From the NCBI RefSeq assembly GCF_009914755.1, contig NC_060928.1: DNA of 64,000 nt; one strand, written 5' to 3'. Shown in pieces: positions 1-12,575 of the stretch; position 1 is the first letter of the stretch, and every line of letters begins with the position of its first letter. A program made the translations under genes and the position numbers. The DNA is from the human T2T-CHM13v2.0 reference genome, Homo sapiens. The notes under the pieces are model-generated. The model searched no databases, was not told the origin of the DNA, and saw only the letters and a program-made list of their open reading frames with translations.

Positions 1-140
1 CACCACCATGCCTGCCTAAATTTTTTTATTTTTTGTAGAGACAGGGTCTCATTATGTTGTCCAGGTTAGTCTCGAACTCCTAGGCTGGAATGATCCTCCC
101 ACCCGGACCTCCCAGTGTGTTGGAATTATGGGTACGCCCA
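1..140 (-). mobile_element. Old Alu (AluJ-like) left arm, cut by the window edge
   Basis: Antisense Alu motifs ttttgtagagacagggtctc...tctcgaactcct...tgatcctcccacc...ctcccag, heavily diverged. Confidence 0.85.
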
Positions 141-907
141 GTACTGGAATACCAAAGATTCTGAATCTAAGATGGGAGATCTAAGATAGCACCTACAAAT
201 CTGTATTTTAAACTATCACCCAATTGATTTTGTTAGGGGCCAAATATGGACTGGTTTTTAATTAAAGAATATGTAGATGAGACAAGATACCATTTTAAAG
301 TTGGGAATAATTTCTTCATATTATCTCTGGAATTGAATTCTTTGAATGGTTGAAACTAAAAAATTGACATTTCAATAGTCGAACTATTGCTATTTAAGTA
401 CAGCTTTAAGCACTTGTTTCTGCAAAGCTTATCTGCTCTTAATTATGAAAAATTAAAGCATTTGCTTTAAACAATATCCTTGATTCCAATTTTAGAAGAG
501 CTACTGGGGGAAGAGGACAGAGGTGAAGAACAACCTTGAATCTGGAAGGAAACAACAGTAAAGTCTGGAATGTTGACTAACACTGGGCATTCACTAGAGG
601 GTCAAAAAAAAGATTATAAAATTATCTGATGTGGCACTAAAACTGCCAGGACAGTTCCACTGCTTTTACTCATTCCCAGCTCTCATATACTCATTACAGA
701 TAAGCAGATGAGAAGAGTGGTATGAGGCAGAATTTCCAAGCATCTAAAGATTGTTTTCAGATTAAACCCAACGAACAGGGGCAACCCAATAAGATGCTCT
801 ATGAGAGAAATGTAACGTTGAGCGTTTTACCACCGTACCTGATTATGGTAAAGTTAATGTATAAAGTGGACACTAATTACCCACACCTAATTCGCTTCTC
901 TGTTTAA

Positions 908-1169
<262 letters not shown>

Positions 1170-1829
1170 GATACACCATCTTTTGCTATGTAGAGCTAAA
1201 TAATTTGCTGAAATTAGTAATCTTTCTTAGATTTTAAAAAATAAATACCCAGAAATTGGCACTGAAATAGACATTTTGTATCACAACTTATACTCTCAAT
1301 TGTATGACAACACAGTTTGGCTACAGCTCCAGCACTGGTTAGGTGTTTGCAATAAATCACCTCGGTTTTAGTGAGAAGTGAGAAGTACTTCAAATGTAGT
1401 TGTTCCATAAAATATTAATCTAAATTTGGAAATGGACTGTTATTTTCAAATCAGTTTCTATTCCATTAGCAGGTGCTGGAGCAGTTTTCAAAGTGACTGC
1501 ATTCAACTTACTCACAGGGACAGTGATCAATTTATTACTGTGTGCATTTATTTCGCCAAGACAAGGTTTCCAAGGACCCACTGGTTGAATTTTCACGGCA
1601 TTTTATCTGCATTTTCGAACCAATTTTTTTTTAGGGGAAAGCCTCAGGGTTAGGTTTTTCATATTTATTTCCATATTTTAGGTGCAGAGTTGTATTAGAA
1701 GTCCACACATCCCATGAAAGGCATGGAAAAATAGAAAGTTATTCATCAGATTGCAATGGACCTCTTATATAGTAAGTATCTCCTCATGTCCTTGTCTAGG
1801 TATCTGAGTCAGCACCATGTATTAGAATA

Positions 1830-1990
1830 AGTCTGTATTTTTGAGTCAATCGGAATTTGCAGTTACTTAAGCCCTCTGATCTTCAGTGACTTGTCTATAA
1901 AATGGAAAAACATACTTAATTTGTTGGTAAATAGTGTGTAAGTGTCAAATAAATATAAGTGTCCAGAATAATACCTGTCAAATAAGGAAT
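1830..1990 (+). mobile_element. MIR fragment
   Basis: agttacttaagccctctgatcttcagt...tctataaaatgg resembles the MIR core. Confidence 0.55.
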
Positions 1991-2470
1991 ATTTACAGAG
2001 CACTTTTTTCTTAATCGTGCATTGCTTACATTATAAATTAGAAGAGAGTGAAGTCAGATTTTACAAGAAAATGTTACACCTTTTCCTTGTAAAACAAATA
2101 ATTATCCTTTTACATATGTGTGTTTATATCCTTTAATGTATGTGCCTCATTTCACAGGATTGAGTCAAGCTGTAAAAATATTTTAAATACAGTAAAATTG
2201 AAAATAAAATAGAGCCAGAAAATATATTGACTAAAGATATAAAAGAGAGAAATATAATATAGAAATTATGAAAAATAGACCTTAAGTCCATATACATTTT
2301 TCCCTACTAAATAGGCCTAAAAATTAGGCTCTGTGCTCCCAAGGGACCAAAAGCAAAAGGGAAAACAAAACCAACACCAAACTGTAGCTTACTTATTTTA
2401 AACAGCTTAGCAATCTCACGCCAGAAGTGAAACTTTTCATAAGAGAGTGCCAAGAAGTGTTGCATGCTCG

Positions 2471-2788
2471 TTTTTTCTTTTTCTTTCTTTCTTTTTTTTT
2501 TTTTTTGAGACAGAGTTTCACTCTGTCACCCAGGCTGTAGTGCAGTGGCACGATCTCAGCTCATGGCAACCTCTGTTTTTTGGGTTCAAGCCATTCTCTG
2601 CTTCAGCCCCCCGAGTAGCTGGGATTACAGGTGCCCACCACCACACCTGGCTATTTTTTTTTGTATTTTTAGTAGAGACAGGGTTTCATCATCTTGTCCA
2701 TGCTGATCTTGAACTCCTGACCTTGTGATCCACCGGCCTCAGCCTCCCAAAGTGCTGGGATTACAGGCATGAGCCACCATGCCCAGCC
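2471..2788 (-). mobile_element. AluS (Sg/Sc-like), full length
   Basis: Both arms present in antisense; gaactcctgaccttgtgatcc short variant; TSD catgcYYgtttttt at 2463-2476 and 2791-2804. Confidence 0.92.
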
Positions 2789-3227
2789 ACCATGCTTGTT
2801 TTTTAAGGCACGTGTAGTAGGTAACATACTCGACCCCGCTGATACAAATACACAAGGGAAGAGCTCTGAATGAGGTCATCATGCTGGAGGAGCGCCAGGG
2901 ACACACTCCAGCTAGCAGGTAAGTATACTGAGTCCTGAGAAGCAGTTCTCAAATAGCTCAATATGGATCCCTCTTATCTCCTCACCTTTTACCCTCAAAC
3001 AATAAAACATCTAATCAAAATTTACATTCTCCAATTGCTCATCCAACAACATGCCATGAGATAACTCCCAGGAGCTAGCAATGTAAAAGCAAGTGAGCAT
3101 CCTGCATGGATGGCACTGTTGCTTTCCTCCGAGGAGTTTAGGAATTTCTTTTCACCTTACAGAAGCTGGGTTGTTTTGAAGCTGGTCAGTTTAGTAATGC
3201 ATAGTCTTATAGTTTAAAAAAAAAAAG

Positions 3228-4005
3228 AGACTTTATTTTTTAGAGCCGTTTTAGGTTCATGGTAAAATTGAAGGGAAAGCACACAGATTTCCCATATTCC
3301 TCTTACTGCCACAAGTGCATAGCCTCCCCCATTATCAACACCCCCCACCAGAGTGGTACATTTGTTACATCAGTGAACGTACACTGACACATCACCCAAA
3401 GTCTATATTTTACATTAGAGTTTATTCTTGGTGTTGTTCATTCTATGGGTTTGGACAAATGTATAATGACATAGATCCATCTTTACAGTATAATACACAG
3501 CAGTTTCACTGCCCTAAAAATTCTCTGTGCTCTGCCTATTCTTTCTTCCCTTCCTCTTAATCCCTGGACACCATGGCTCTTTTCACTTTTATCTAGTTTT
3601 GCGTTTTCTAGAATAGGTGTAGTTGAACTCAAACAGTACATAGCCTTTTCAGATTGTCTTTTTTATTCAGTCACGTGCATTTAAGTTTCCTCTATGTCTT
3701 TTTATGGCTTGAGAGCTCATTCTTTTTGGCGCTGAATAATATTCCATTGTCTGTAGGTACCACAGCTTATCTATCCATTCACCCAGCGGGGACATTTGGT
3801 GGCTTCTAAGTTTTGACAATTATGCATAAAGCTGACACAAACATTTATGTGCAGGGTTTTTTTTTGTGGAAATAAGTTTTCAGCTCATGCTGGTAAATAC
3901 CAACGAATGGATTTCTGGATGGTGTGATAACAGTTATATTTAGTTTTGTAACAAACAGCCAAACTGACTTCCATGATGGCTGTACCATTTTGTATTCCTG
4001 CAGTA
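3228..4005 (-). mobile_element. L1MC1/2-like 3' end
   Basis: tttagagccgttttaggttca...ccccaccagagtggtacatttgttac...gtttggacaaatgtataatgac...ctgtaccattttgtattcc, typical of the L1MC 3'UTR in antisense. Confidence 0.8.
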
Positions 4006-4989
4006 TCCTGTTCGCACACTCTGGTTTTTTGCTCTCCCTTTTCCCATGCCTCCATTTTCTTTTTCATGATTTTTTTGGAAACACATTCTGATAATATATC
4101 AGCATGTAATATTTTGACTGAGGCTTTGTTTTCTTAGAAATATGGGCTAATGTGACTGACATCTGTATCGTGCTACCCATAAGCTGATGGAATCACTTCA
4201 CCTCATGAGCCATCATCCTCATCATTGTGTATCAGCAGTGAGGGAATTTTGGGGATTGAGGCTCCTTTCTCAGAGGCTAAAAACTAAATGAAAGCGCAAA
4301 TCCGGAGACGTAAGTTGACCACTGAAGCTTGTCTTTGATCTTGAGCACATTTTCAAAGCTGGGTGAACTTGATCAGCAGTTTCTAGTACAACACTTTGCT
4401 GAGGTAAAGGGAACAAAGTTCAGGGTCTGCCAATGGTACCGTCGAATAGGAGAGAAATGTATAATCTGCAACGTTAAGGGGCTGCACTGTCAGTGTCATG
4501 ACAAAAAGGAAATGTTTCATGTCCTTTCACCGTACTACAAAGAAAATTGTCTTTCACAAACCATGACACTTAGATGAGGGGAAAAATATTCTCCTTTGAG
4601 AATTTGTAACTATTGCCAGCCTGAATCTACATTAGCTGACTGGAACAAAATACCTCAAGCTGAGAATTTATTGTAAAGTGATCCCAAGCTGTAGTGACCC
4701 GAGGTACTGGCAGAAACAAATATAAATTTTCTCTGATGGAACTCCCGTTTAGGTCTCAAAATAATTCCCACAGGTACGTTCCAAGATATATAAGCTCACA
4801 GTCAAAACTCGAAATTCACAAGAAAACAAGCTATCATGTAAGACCCAGTGAATTTGCTGACAGTTGAATTTGACATGCAAAGCCTTTGAAATCTGGTAGT
4901 GTGAGACAAGCCATATGCTCAAAATGTTTAATAACATAAATGACGGGATTGAATATATAAGTCAAGAAGGAAAAAATATCAGGCAGATT

Positions 4990-5710
4990 CCTAGAAAAAT
5001 GGAACAAGAGGACCAAATTGAACTTCTAGAGCTAAAATAACATAACAATATAACAACTGAAATTTAAAAACTCACATAACAATAAATTAGATGCCACTGA
5101 TAAGAGAATTAGTTAGCTGAAAGTTATACAGTGAAAGAATTTACAAAGAATACAGAAAACAGAAAGAAATATAACAAAGACATTTAGAGACCTGGACAAC
5201 TGCTGGGTCTGTCCCGTGGACCCTGGCCAACGGATGAAATGAGTACTCAGACACAGGTATGCGGTATAAGAGCAGCTAGGTGACTGTCTGACTCTAGTGG
5301 CCAGAGAGCAGCCCCGAGAAGCTGGAGCTGCTTGCTTTTATTCAGTGCAGGTACAATGCCAAAAACCTGGAGCCCACACAACCTGTAGGTAATTAACATT
5401 TATTGTTCCCCTTTCAGGGAAAGTCATGTGCCTGGATGGTCAAAGGTCATTTCCTGGTCAACATAAGTAAACAAGCCTGTTAAGGATACATTCCCCCACA
5501 TTCCCTTGTACTTACTCCTTGCCCTCTGCCTCAGGGTTATAGAACAGCTACCTTCAGCTATTCTCCCCCTGGGGCTCTACAGAACCTTCTGATCTTTCAG
5601 AAGATTTGCGTCCTTTCCCTATAGTTTTTCCCACCACTCTGTTCAATCCCCCACAGATGACTGAGTGAGAACATCTAACAAATATCTGACTAGACAAGAG
5701 AATGAGGTAA
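4990..5710 (+). mobile_element. Ancient L1M ORF1-region fragment, interrupted by LTR22
   Basis: aattgaacttctagagctaaaa...aactgaaatttaaaaactca...gagaattagt; continues after the LTR as gagaacatctaacaaatatctga. Confidence 0.55.
5201..5655 (-). mobile_element. Solo LTR22 family (HERV-K HML-5)
   Basis: Reverse complement starts TGTGGGGGATTGAACAGAGTGGTGGGAAAAACTATAGGGAAAGGACGCAAATC, LTR22-like; TG...CA termini; poly(A) signal on the minus strand (ttttatt near 5337); 6-bp TSD gacaac/gatgac. Confidence 0.82.
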
Positions 5711-5724
5711 AGGCTACATTTAAC

Positions 5725-7070
5725 TATTCTAGGTCCTTTGTATTTTTATATATGTTTTAGAATCAGCTTGTTAATTTCTACCAAAAAAAAAAAAAAAAAG
5801 ATCCCACAAGCTCGCTGGCATAATTAAAGGTATTGCATTGAAACTACAGTCATACTGGGGATAGCTGGTATTGATTCACTGTTCCTCAAGTGATCAGGCT
5901 GCATGCCAACAGGGAAGAGCTTACTGCATAATTCTGAGTTGCTGAGAACAGACAATGTGCCTGCCAGGCTCAAGTAAGACAGCATTTATGTATGGAAAGA
6001 ACAGAGAGAAAGGTTACTAGATCTGGCCCATTGCCAGGTGATCCATCCCTCAGGGCCAGGGATCGCCTTTCAAGCCTATGTGAGCAGTGTGGCTGCACAC
6101 ATCCCATTTCCTGCTATCACAAAAAGATCTAGTTCCCTCCCTGGTGGAAACAGATATAGCAGCAGGGTGGCACAGCCCCCCCGCCCATTGACACATATGC
6201 TTGAGCAGAACAAAGAAGTACATATTAAGACTAAAATAACAAATACATCACCAAATAAAGAGAGATGCTCCACATAGGTTGTGAGGGCTCTTCATCTCTT
6301 TGTAAGGAAATGCTTCAGGCTTGAAGCCATTCATGTGAACGTGTAAGGGTCAAGAGCTACATATGATTGCCTTTTCTAACAGGTGTTGGTAATATTCCTT
6401 TTCTTTAGTCTATAAATGTGGTGTATCTTTTTATATTTATTTAAATCTTTTTTTCCCTGTAGTTGCTCATTGTTTTCAGTATACTGATCTTGTATCTTTT
6501 TATTAAACTTATTCCTGAGAATTTTATATTTTAATGCTATTGTAAGTGGTATTGATTTCACGATTTCATTTTAAGTTATCTTTTTCTGAGTATATAAACA
6601 TAATTAATTTTTTGTACACTAACATCATTACTGACCTTTCTAAATTCACTTACTGTTTCTAGTATTGCTTTTTTTTTCTGTTTTTTGTTTTTGTTTTTGT
6701 TTTTGTTTTTTTATTCCTTGGAATACCCTTGCAAACAATCAGGTCATCTAAAAATAAAATCAGGTTTGCTTCTTGTTTTCCAATTTTTATGGCTTTTCTT
6801 TTTGTACTGCCTTCTTGCCCTGGAAATCCAGTAAAATATTGAATATTAATAGAAGTGATGAGGGTGATCATCTTTGCCTTTTCTATACCTTATGCAGTTT
6901 GCCTTTACCACCATGCACAACATCAGCTGTAACTATTTGTAGATGGTCTTTATCAAATTGGGGGAATATCTCTTTTCTATTCCTAGTTTGCTGATAATTT
7001 TTGTCATAAATAGCTATCAAATTTTATTAAACACATTTTCTGAATCTATTGAGTTGATAATATGATGTGG
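5725..7070 (-). mobile_element. Ancient L1M ORF2 fragment, interrupted by an LTR40-like element
   Basis: ttttagaatcagcttgttaatttctac, gtattgcattgaa, ttctattcctagtttgctga, ttttctgaatctattgag: antisense L1 ORF2 motifs. Confidence 0.7.
5872..6381 (-). mobile_element. Solo ERVL LTR (LTR40-like)
   Basis: Reverse complement starts TGTTAGAAAAGGCAATC...GCCTGAAGCATTTCCTTAC...GAGCCCTCACAACC; TG...CA ends; 5-bp TSD ggtat (5867-5871) / ggtgt (6382-6386). Confidence 0.65.
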
Positions 7071-7157
7071 TTAGACAGCTTCTAAGAGCCTATTTTGTGG
7101 AATCAGCCAAGCAGAAGCACTTAACAGTGGCTATCTCAGTAAGATGTTCAAATATTA

Positions 7158-7475
<318 letters not shown>

Positions 7476-7605
7476 TTACTTCTTCTTGTCCATCACTCCT
7501 CATTTTTGTGAATGAATGGTCTCAGCCTATTCTGCTCCCTAGGAATCCTAGGCCAAAACACTTTGTAACCATCAGAGACACTGAATCAATAAACATATTT
7601 GACAG

Positions 7606-7990
<385 letters not shown>

Positions 7991-8507
7991 TTATATGGGC
8001 AAATAATTTCAAGCACACACAAACTCCTCCAGAGAATAACAAAGAACCACTTTGTCTCATTTTATGAAGTTAGCATAACCTTGATACCCACAGTAGAATA
8101 TTTAGGGGAGAAAAATGAAAGGACAACTTAATTCTTGAACAAAGGAGCAAAATTATAAACACAGTAGTGGCAAACTAAATCCACTAATGTAGAAGATAAT
8201 AAAATTGACCATTCTGTATTTCTCTCTGGTATGTAAGATTAGATTAAATTTTAAAAAATTTATGTTTTACCACATTAACAAATTCAAGAATAAAATAATG
8301 TCCTAAAAGATGTAAAGGAAAAAAATTATTGAACTTTAGCATCAATTCATGATAAAAATTATTTTCAAAATAGAAAGATAATAAAATTTGCTTAACTGAT
8401 GGAAGAATGACCACAAAAAGAGCATATTTATCTCATACTTAATGGTGTAATACTGAAAACACTCACTTCAAGATAAAGAACACGACAGAGGTGTCAGCTA
8501 TTACCAC

Positions 8508-8509
<2 letters not shown>

Positions 8510-8550
<41 letters not shown>
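8510..8550. repeat. (TG)n microsatellite forming the tail of the FAM element
   Basis: About 20 TG units. Confidence 0.97.
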
Positions 8551-8553
<3 letters not shown>

Positions 8554-8707
8554 AGACAGAGTCCCTCTATATTGGCCATGTTGGAGAGTGCAGTAACTAC
8601 AGGTGTGATCATAGCTCATTATAGCCTCAAACTCCTGGCCTCAAGCAAATCTCCTGCCTTAGTATCCCGAGTAGCTGGGACTACGGGCATGTGTCACTGT
8701 GCTAGGC
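8551..8707 (-). mobile_element. Fossil Alu monomer (FAM/FRAM-like)
   Basis: Single monomer; reverse complement has gagctatgatcacacctgtagttactgcactc, retaining the FAM-type insert; TSD tattaccacttt / tattaccatttc. Confidence 0.75.
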
Positions 8708-9181
8708 TTTATTACCATTTCTATGTAACATCGTCCTGGAGTCTAAGCTATGCAATAATACATGAAAAAAATAAATAAAAGGCATAAGGATTGGATAGGA
8801 AGGGAATCAAACCACCATTTTTTTTAATATGTAGAGAATGCAAGTTTATATAGAAAAAAAGATTATGTAGGAAAATTAATATAATTAATTTTAAAAGATT
8901 TAGAAGGTTTATGCATACAAAATCAAAATACTGTAATAAAACACAATTTTATACATTACCAAAAATTATAATATATGACCTAGAAAACATTAAACAAGAA
9001 CTTAATGAAAAAATTATAAAAATGGACTTGTGAAGTTTTATTGAAAGACAGTAAAGACAGACTTAAACAGAGAAATGCACTTAACATTCCTGACTGAAAG
9101 ACACAATATTGAAGGATGTCACTTCTCCTCAAGTAGGTATTTAATGTATTTCCAATAAAATATCCCAACACACATGTGCAC

Positions 9182-9204
9182 GTGTGTGTGTGTGTGTGTG
9201 TGTG
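9182..9204. repeat. (GT)n microsatellite
   Basis: Direct reading. Confidence 0.95.
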
Positions 9205-9769
9205 ATGAGGAAATTCCCCAGCTGTTTGCAGGATGTATATGGAAGAAATAAAGACAAAGAAGAGTCAAGGCCATCTTAAAGAAGAGAAACTAGATGGGAG
9301 GACTTGCCTTACTGGATAGCGATAACTCTCTTCCAACAGTAGTAATTAAAGTTAGGTGAAATGTGCACAATATAAAAAAATTTCCTTTGGAAGTGAATAG
9401 GTAGATGATAAATATCTGGACACATGATGGAAATAACTCATAATAGGGACTTATAACTCATAGTGGAATTTTTCTGTGAAGACGGCTGTAATAATGTGTC
9501 ATCTATTTAGAAAAAAATTCAGCATTGGACTGCTATCTTATACGACATCCAAAAATCAATCCAAAGTAAATGCAACACCTAAATGCAATAGAAAACAAGT
9601 ATAAAATGTTTAGAAGGCAACATAAGAAAATAATTTCATGATTCTAAATGGGAAAGGTTTTTTAAAATTAACTTACAATTGTGAAACCTGTGGAGAAAAG
9701 AGTTCAACTTGGATGACATTATTCTAATCATTTCTGTTGAACAAAAGATATCACAACGACACCATAGGA

Positions 9770-9880
9770 AGGCAGTGTGGTATACAACACAAGCACATAG
9801 ATTCTGAAGCCAGCCTACTTGGCTTTAATTTTTCATTTCACTGTTTAGTAGTTGTGTGACTTTAGCCTCAGTTTCTTTGT
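9770..9880 (+). mobile_element. MIR fragment
   Basis: gattctgaagccagcctac...tagttgtgtgacttt agcctcagtttc. Confidence 0.65.
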
Positions 9881-11369
9881 TTTCAGGCATTTTTAAAAAT
9901 TGTGATAAGTGCTATATAAGCTTTAAGCATTATTATTATAAAAAGAAGAGACAAGTCACAAATAGATACAGTGTTTGTAGAATATATAACCAACATAGGA
10001 TTAGTATACAGGATATTCATAATTACTCCTAGAATTTTCTGAATGACAAAAGCACTGTGTGGAAAAATTGGCAAAATAGTCTAAATAGGTAATCAAAGAA
10101 GAAAAATCACAAATGTTTGATAAATGTTTGAAGCTATTCAACTTCATTTGTTATTATAAAATAGAATCCAAATTCATAGCTGTCATCCTATTCCCACTAT
10201 GTTGTTGAAAACTAGAGTTCGACAACATCAAATCTTGGCAAGAATGCATTGCTATCACTAGTACCCTGCTAGGGAAAATTTAAATTTTTACAACTACTTT
10301 GCAAAATAAATTTTCATTGCCAGTAACACTGAAGGTATGCACACTTAATGGCAATTTTCTTCAACAGAATGGTATATGAGGCTTTGTTACCATGTATTCT
10401 TTTGAACACACACATATACCCATATTTCATGGATATTCTTCTGCATCTACTCGTTATTTAATAAAATAACAAAATAAAATAACAAAATAAAATAAAATGA
10501 CTTATTTGAACTAGATGATCCCTTAGGTTTCTTTCTGGATTAGGATACTATGAGGTTTTAAAAATTTCAAATTTAGCATTTTAGTTATTTAATGTTCCAG
10601 GAAATGCCTTTTCCTGAACCTACGATTGCTTTTTTTTCTATTATTATTATTATTTTTGCTTCATGAAGAATATTTTATGAAAAAAGACTACTCCAAATGG
10701 TTTTACTGTAAGGAACAATTAATAAAGATAATGAATATGTATTTTAAACAATGTTAAAAGTACTATTATGCCCAATTTTAGTGTCTGCTTTTTGAAGAAC
10801 AATGTGCTATTTATTCTCTCTTTTTTCTATTTTTTTAATCACCACAGCTCCATTGTCATGGAAAGTTGTCTGTAGGAGAGAAGATATTGTCATAAATAGC
10901 CTGAGAAACCTGGGATGGGGGGTGAGAGAAAGCCTAGACAAGACCAAACCCTTAAACTCTGAGCCTTACTAGTTCATTAATATCATGGCTGGACCTAAAG
11001 ACGGGAGCTGAAAGAAGTATTTCTATTAGGGTCCCTGTAAGAAAAAGTAACACTGTTTTAATATTCAAAAGAATATTTGTGACAATAGACAAAGAGCAAG
11101 CAAGGTAGTTTTCTTCTTATTCTACTATAGTTACAACACACCAAGACTCTAGAGAAGGCAATGTTGTTAGGATGGGTGTTTGCTGGCTTGGGAACACTGA
11201 GCAATATCACCTTTGGCATAAACACTGGCATTATTGTGTCAATTCCAGAATGAACAGCAATAGCGGCAGAAGAGCAGACATCACTTAGGGGACCTGGAGC
11301 AGAGGAAAAGATTGTTTGTGAGCAAACAAGAGATACCTCAAAGGACTACCAGAAATAACTAAATGTTTC

Positions 11370-11780
11370 AGTTCAGTAAGACTCTTGGTTGCAAGGGATG
11401 AAAAAGAATTCATTGACTCATGACTGAAAGGCCCAGTGTTGGGTTGCTTTTGGAAGGTCAACATTGTTATCAGGAATAGATGGCCCTCCTTGTTGCTAAG
11501 CTTTGTTCTCTTCCATGTGTGATTTCATTCTTAGATCCCAGATAGCTGCAATAGCTCCAAACTTATATTACTCTTGGTTCAAGCCGAGCAAGAACAAAAG
11601 CTTTCCTCTATCCCTATAAGCCAAAATCTCCACTCTTATTGGATTATATTTGTGTTGTGGGCATCAGACCTTCAGCTAGAAGGGGCTTCTCCCCTTTCAG
11701 ATCACTTGAACCAATAATGGAAGAGGAGTTTATTCAAAATGAAATCTGTAGCTATTACTGGAAGATAATAGAATAAAAAT
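11370..11780 (-). mobile_element. Old MaLR LTR (MLT1J/K/L-like)
   Basis: agactcttggttgcaag...ttgactcatgactgaaag...gatagctgcaatagctcca...attggatt. Confidence 0.45.
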
Positions 11781-12374
11781 TGGAAGTGAAAACAACAAAT
11801 ACCTATTACATAGGGTGAAATTTGCAAGAATAGACATCCTGGATTCTTCAGATGGGATCATATGTCAGTGAATAAATTAGTTATTACTGATAATATGACC
11901 TCCGTAATAATGAAAAGCTGATAAGATGTAGATTACTCAGATTACTGGTTGCATTCTAGAGATTTGTTGGGGAGAAAGTTAAATCAATCTTTTTTTGCAC
12001 CATCCATTCTTCCCATCACCTAAATCCAAGACCACGCTAAGCCTCAACACCTAAAATTCCACAATTAAAATTTTATTGATTTGATTTAAACCTGTTAAAG
12101 ACTCTTTTTTTTTTAGATAAAGTGCAAAAATATCACTTTACACTTACACAGGAAAAAGAGTTCAAAAGCATTGAGATTAGGTTTTAATAACAGAAGGACA
12201 GACAAAGTAAGTTAAAACACGGGACCCTGAAGGCAAATAGAAAAGGAAGCAGTCTTGAGGGGAGAATGAAGAGGGGAGAAGGAAGCAGAAAGGAGACGGC
12301 AAAGATTCAACGGATGAACTGCAATTTTGCCCCTAGTCTCACTATCCATTTAAGTTTTAGACTAATGATTTTCC

Positions 12375-12575
12375 TAGGGATGATTTTGCCCCCAAGGGGA
12401 CATTCGGCAATGTCTGAAGACATTTTTAGTTTTCCTATCTTAGTAGGGGTGTGGTGGTGGTGCCACCTAGTTGGCAGAGGCAGGAGATACTGCTAAGTAT
12501 CTACAATGCAAAGATAGCCCCTCACAGCAAATAATTATCTTGTCCAGTATGTCAATAGTGTTGCTGTTAAGAAAG
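12375..12575 (+). mobile_element. MER20 (hAT-Charlie MITE)
   Basis: gattttgccccaaggggacattcggcaatgtctgaagacattttt...tgtcaatagtg...ttaagaaa. Confidence 0.85.
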
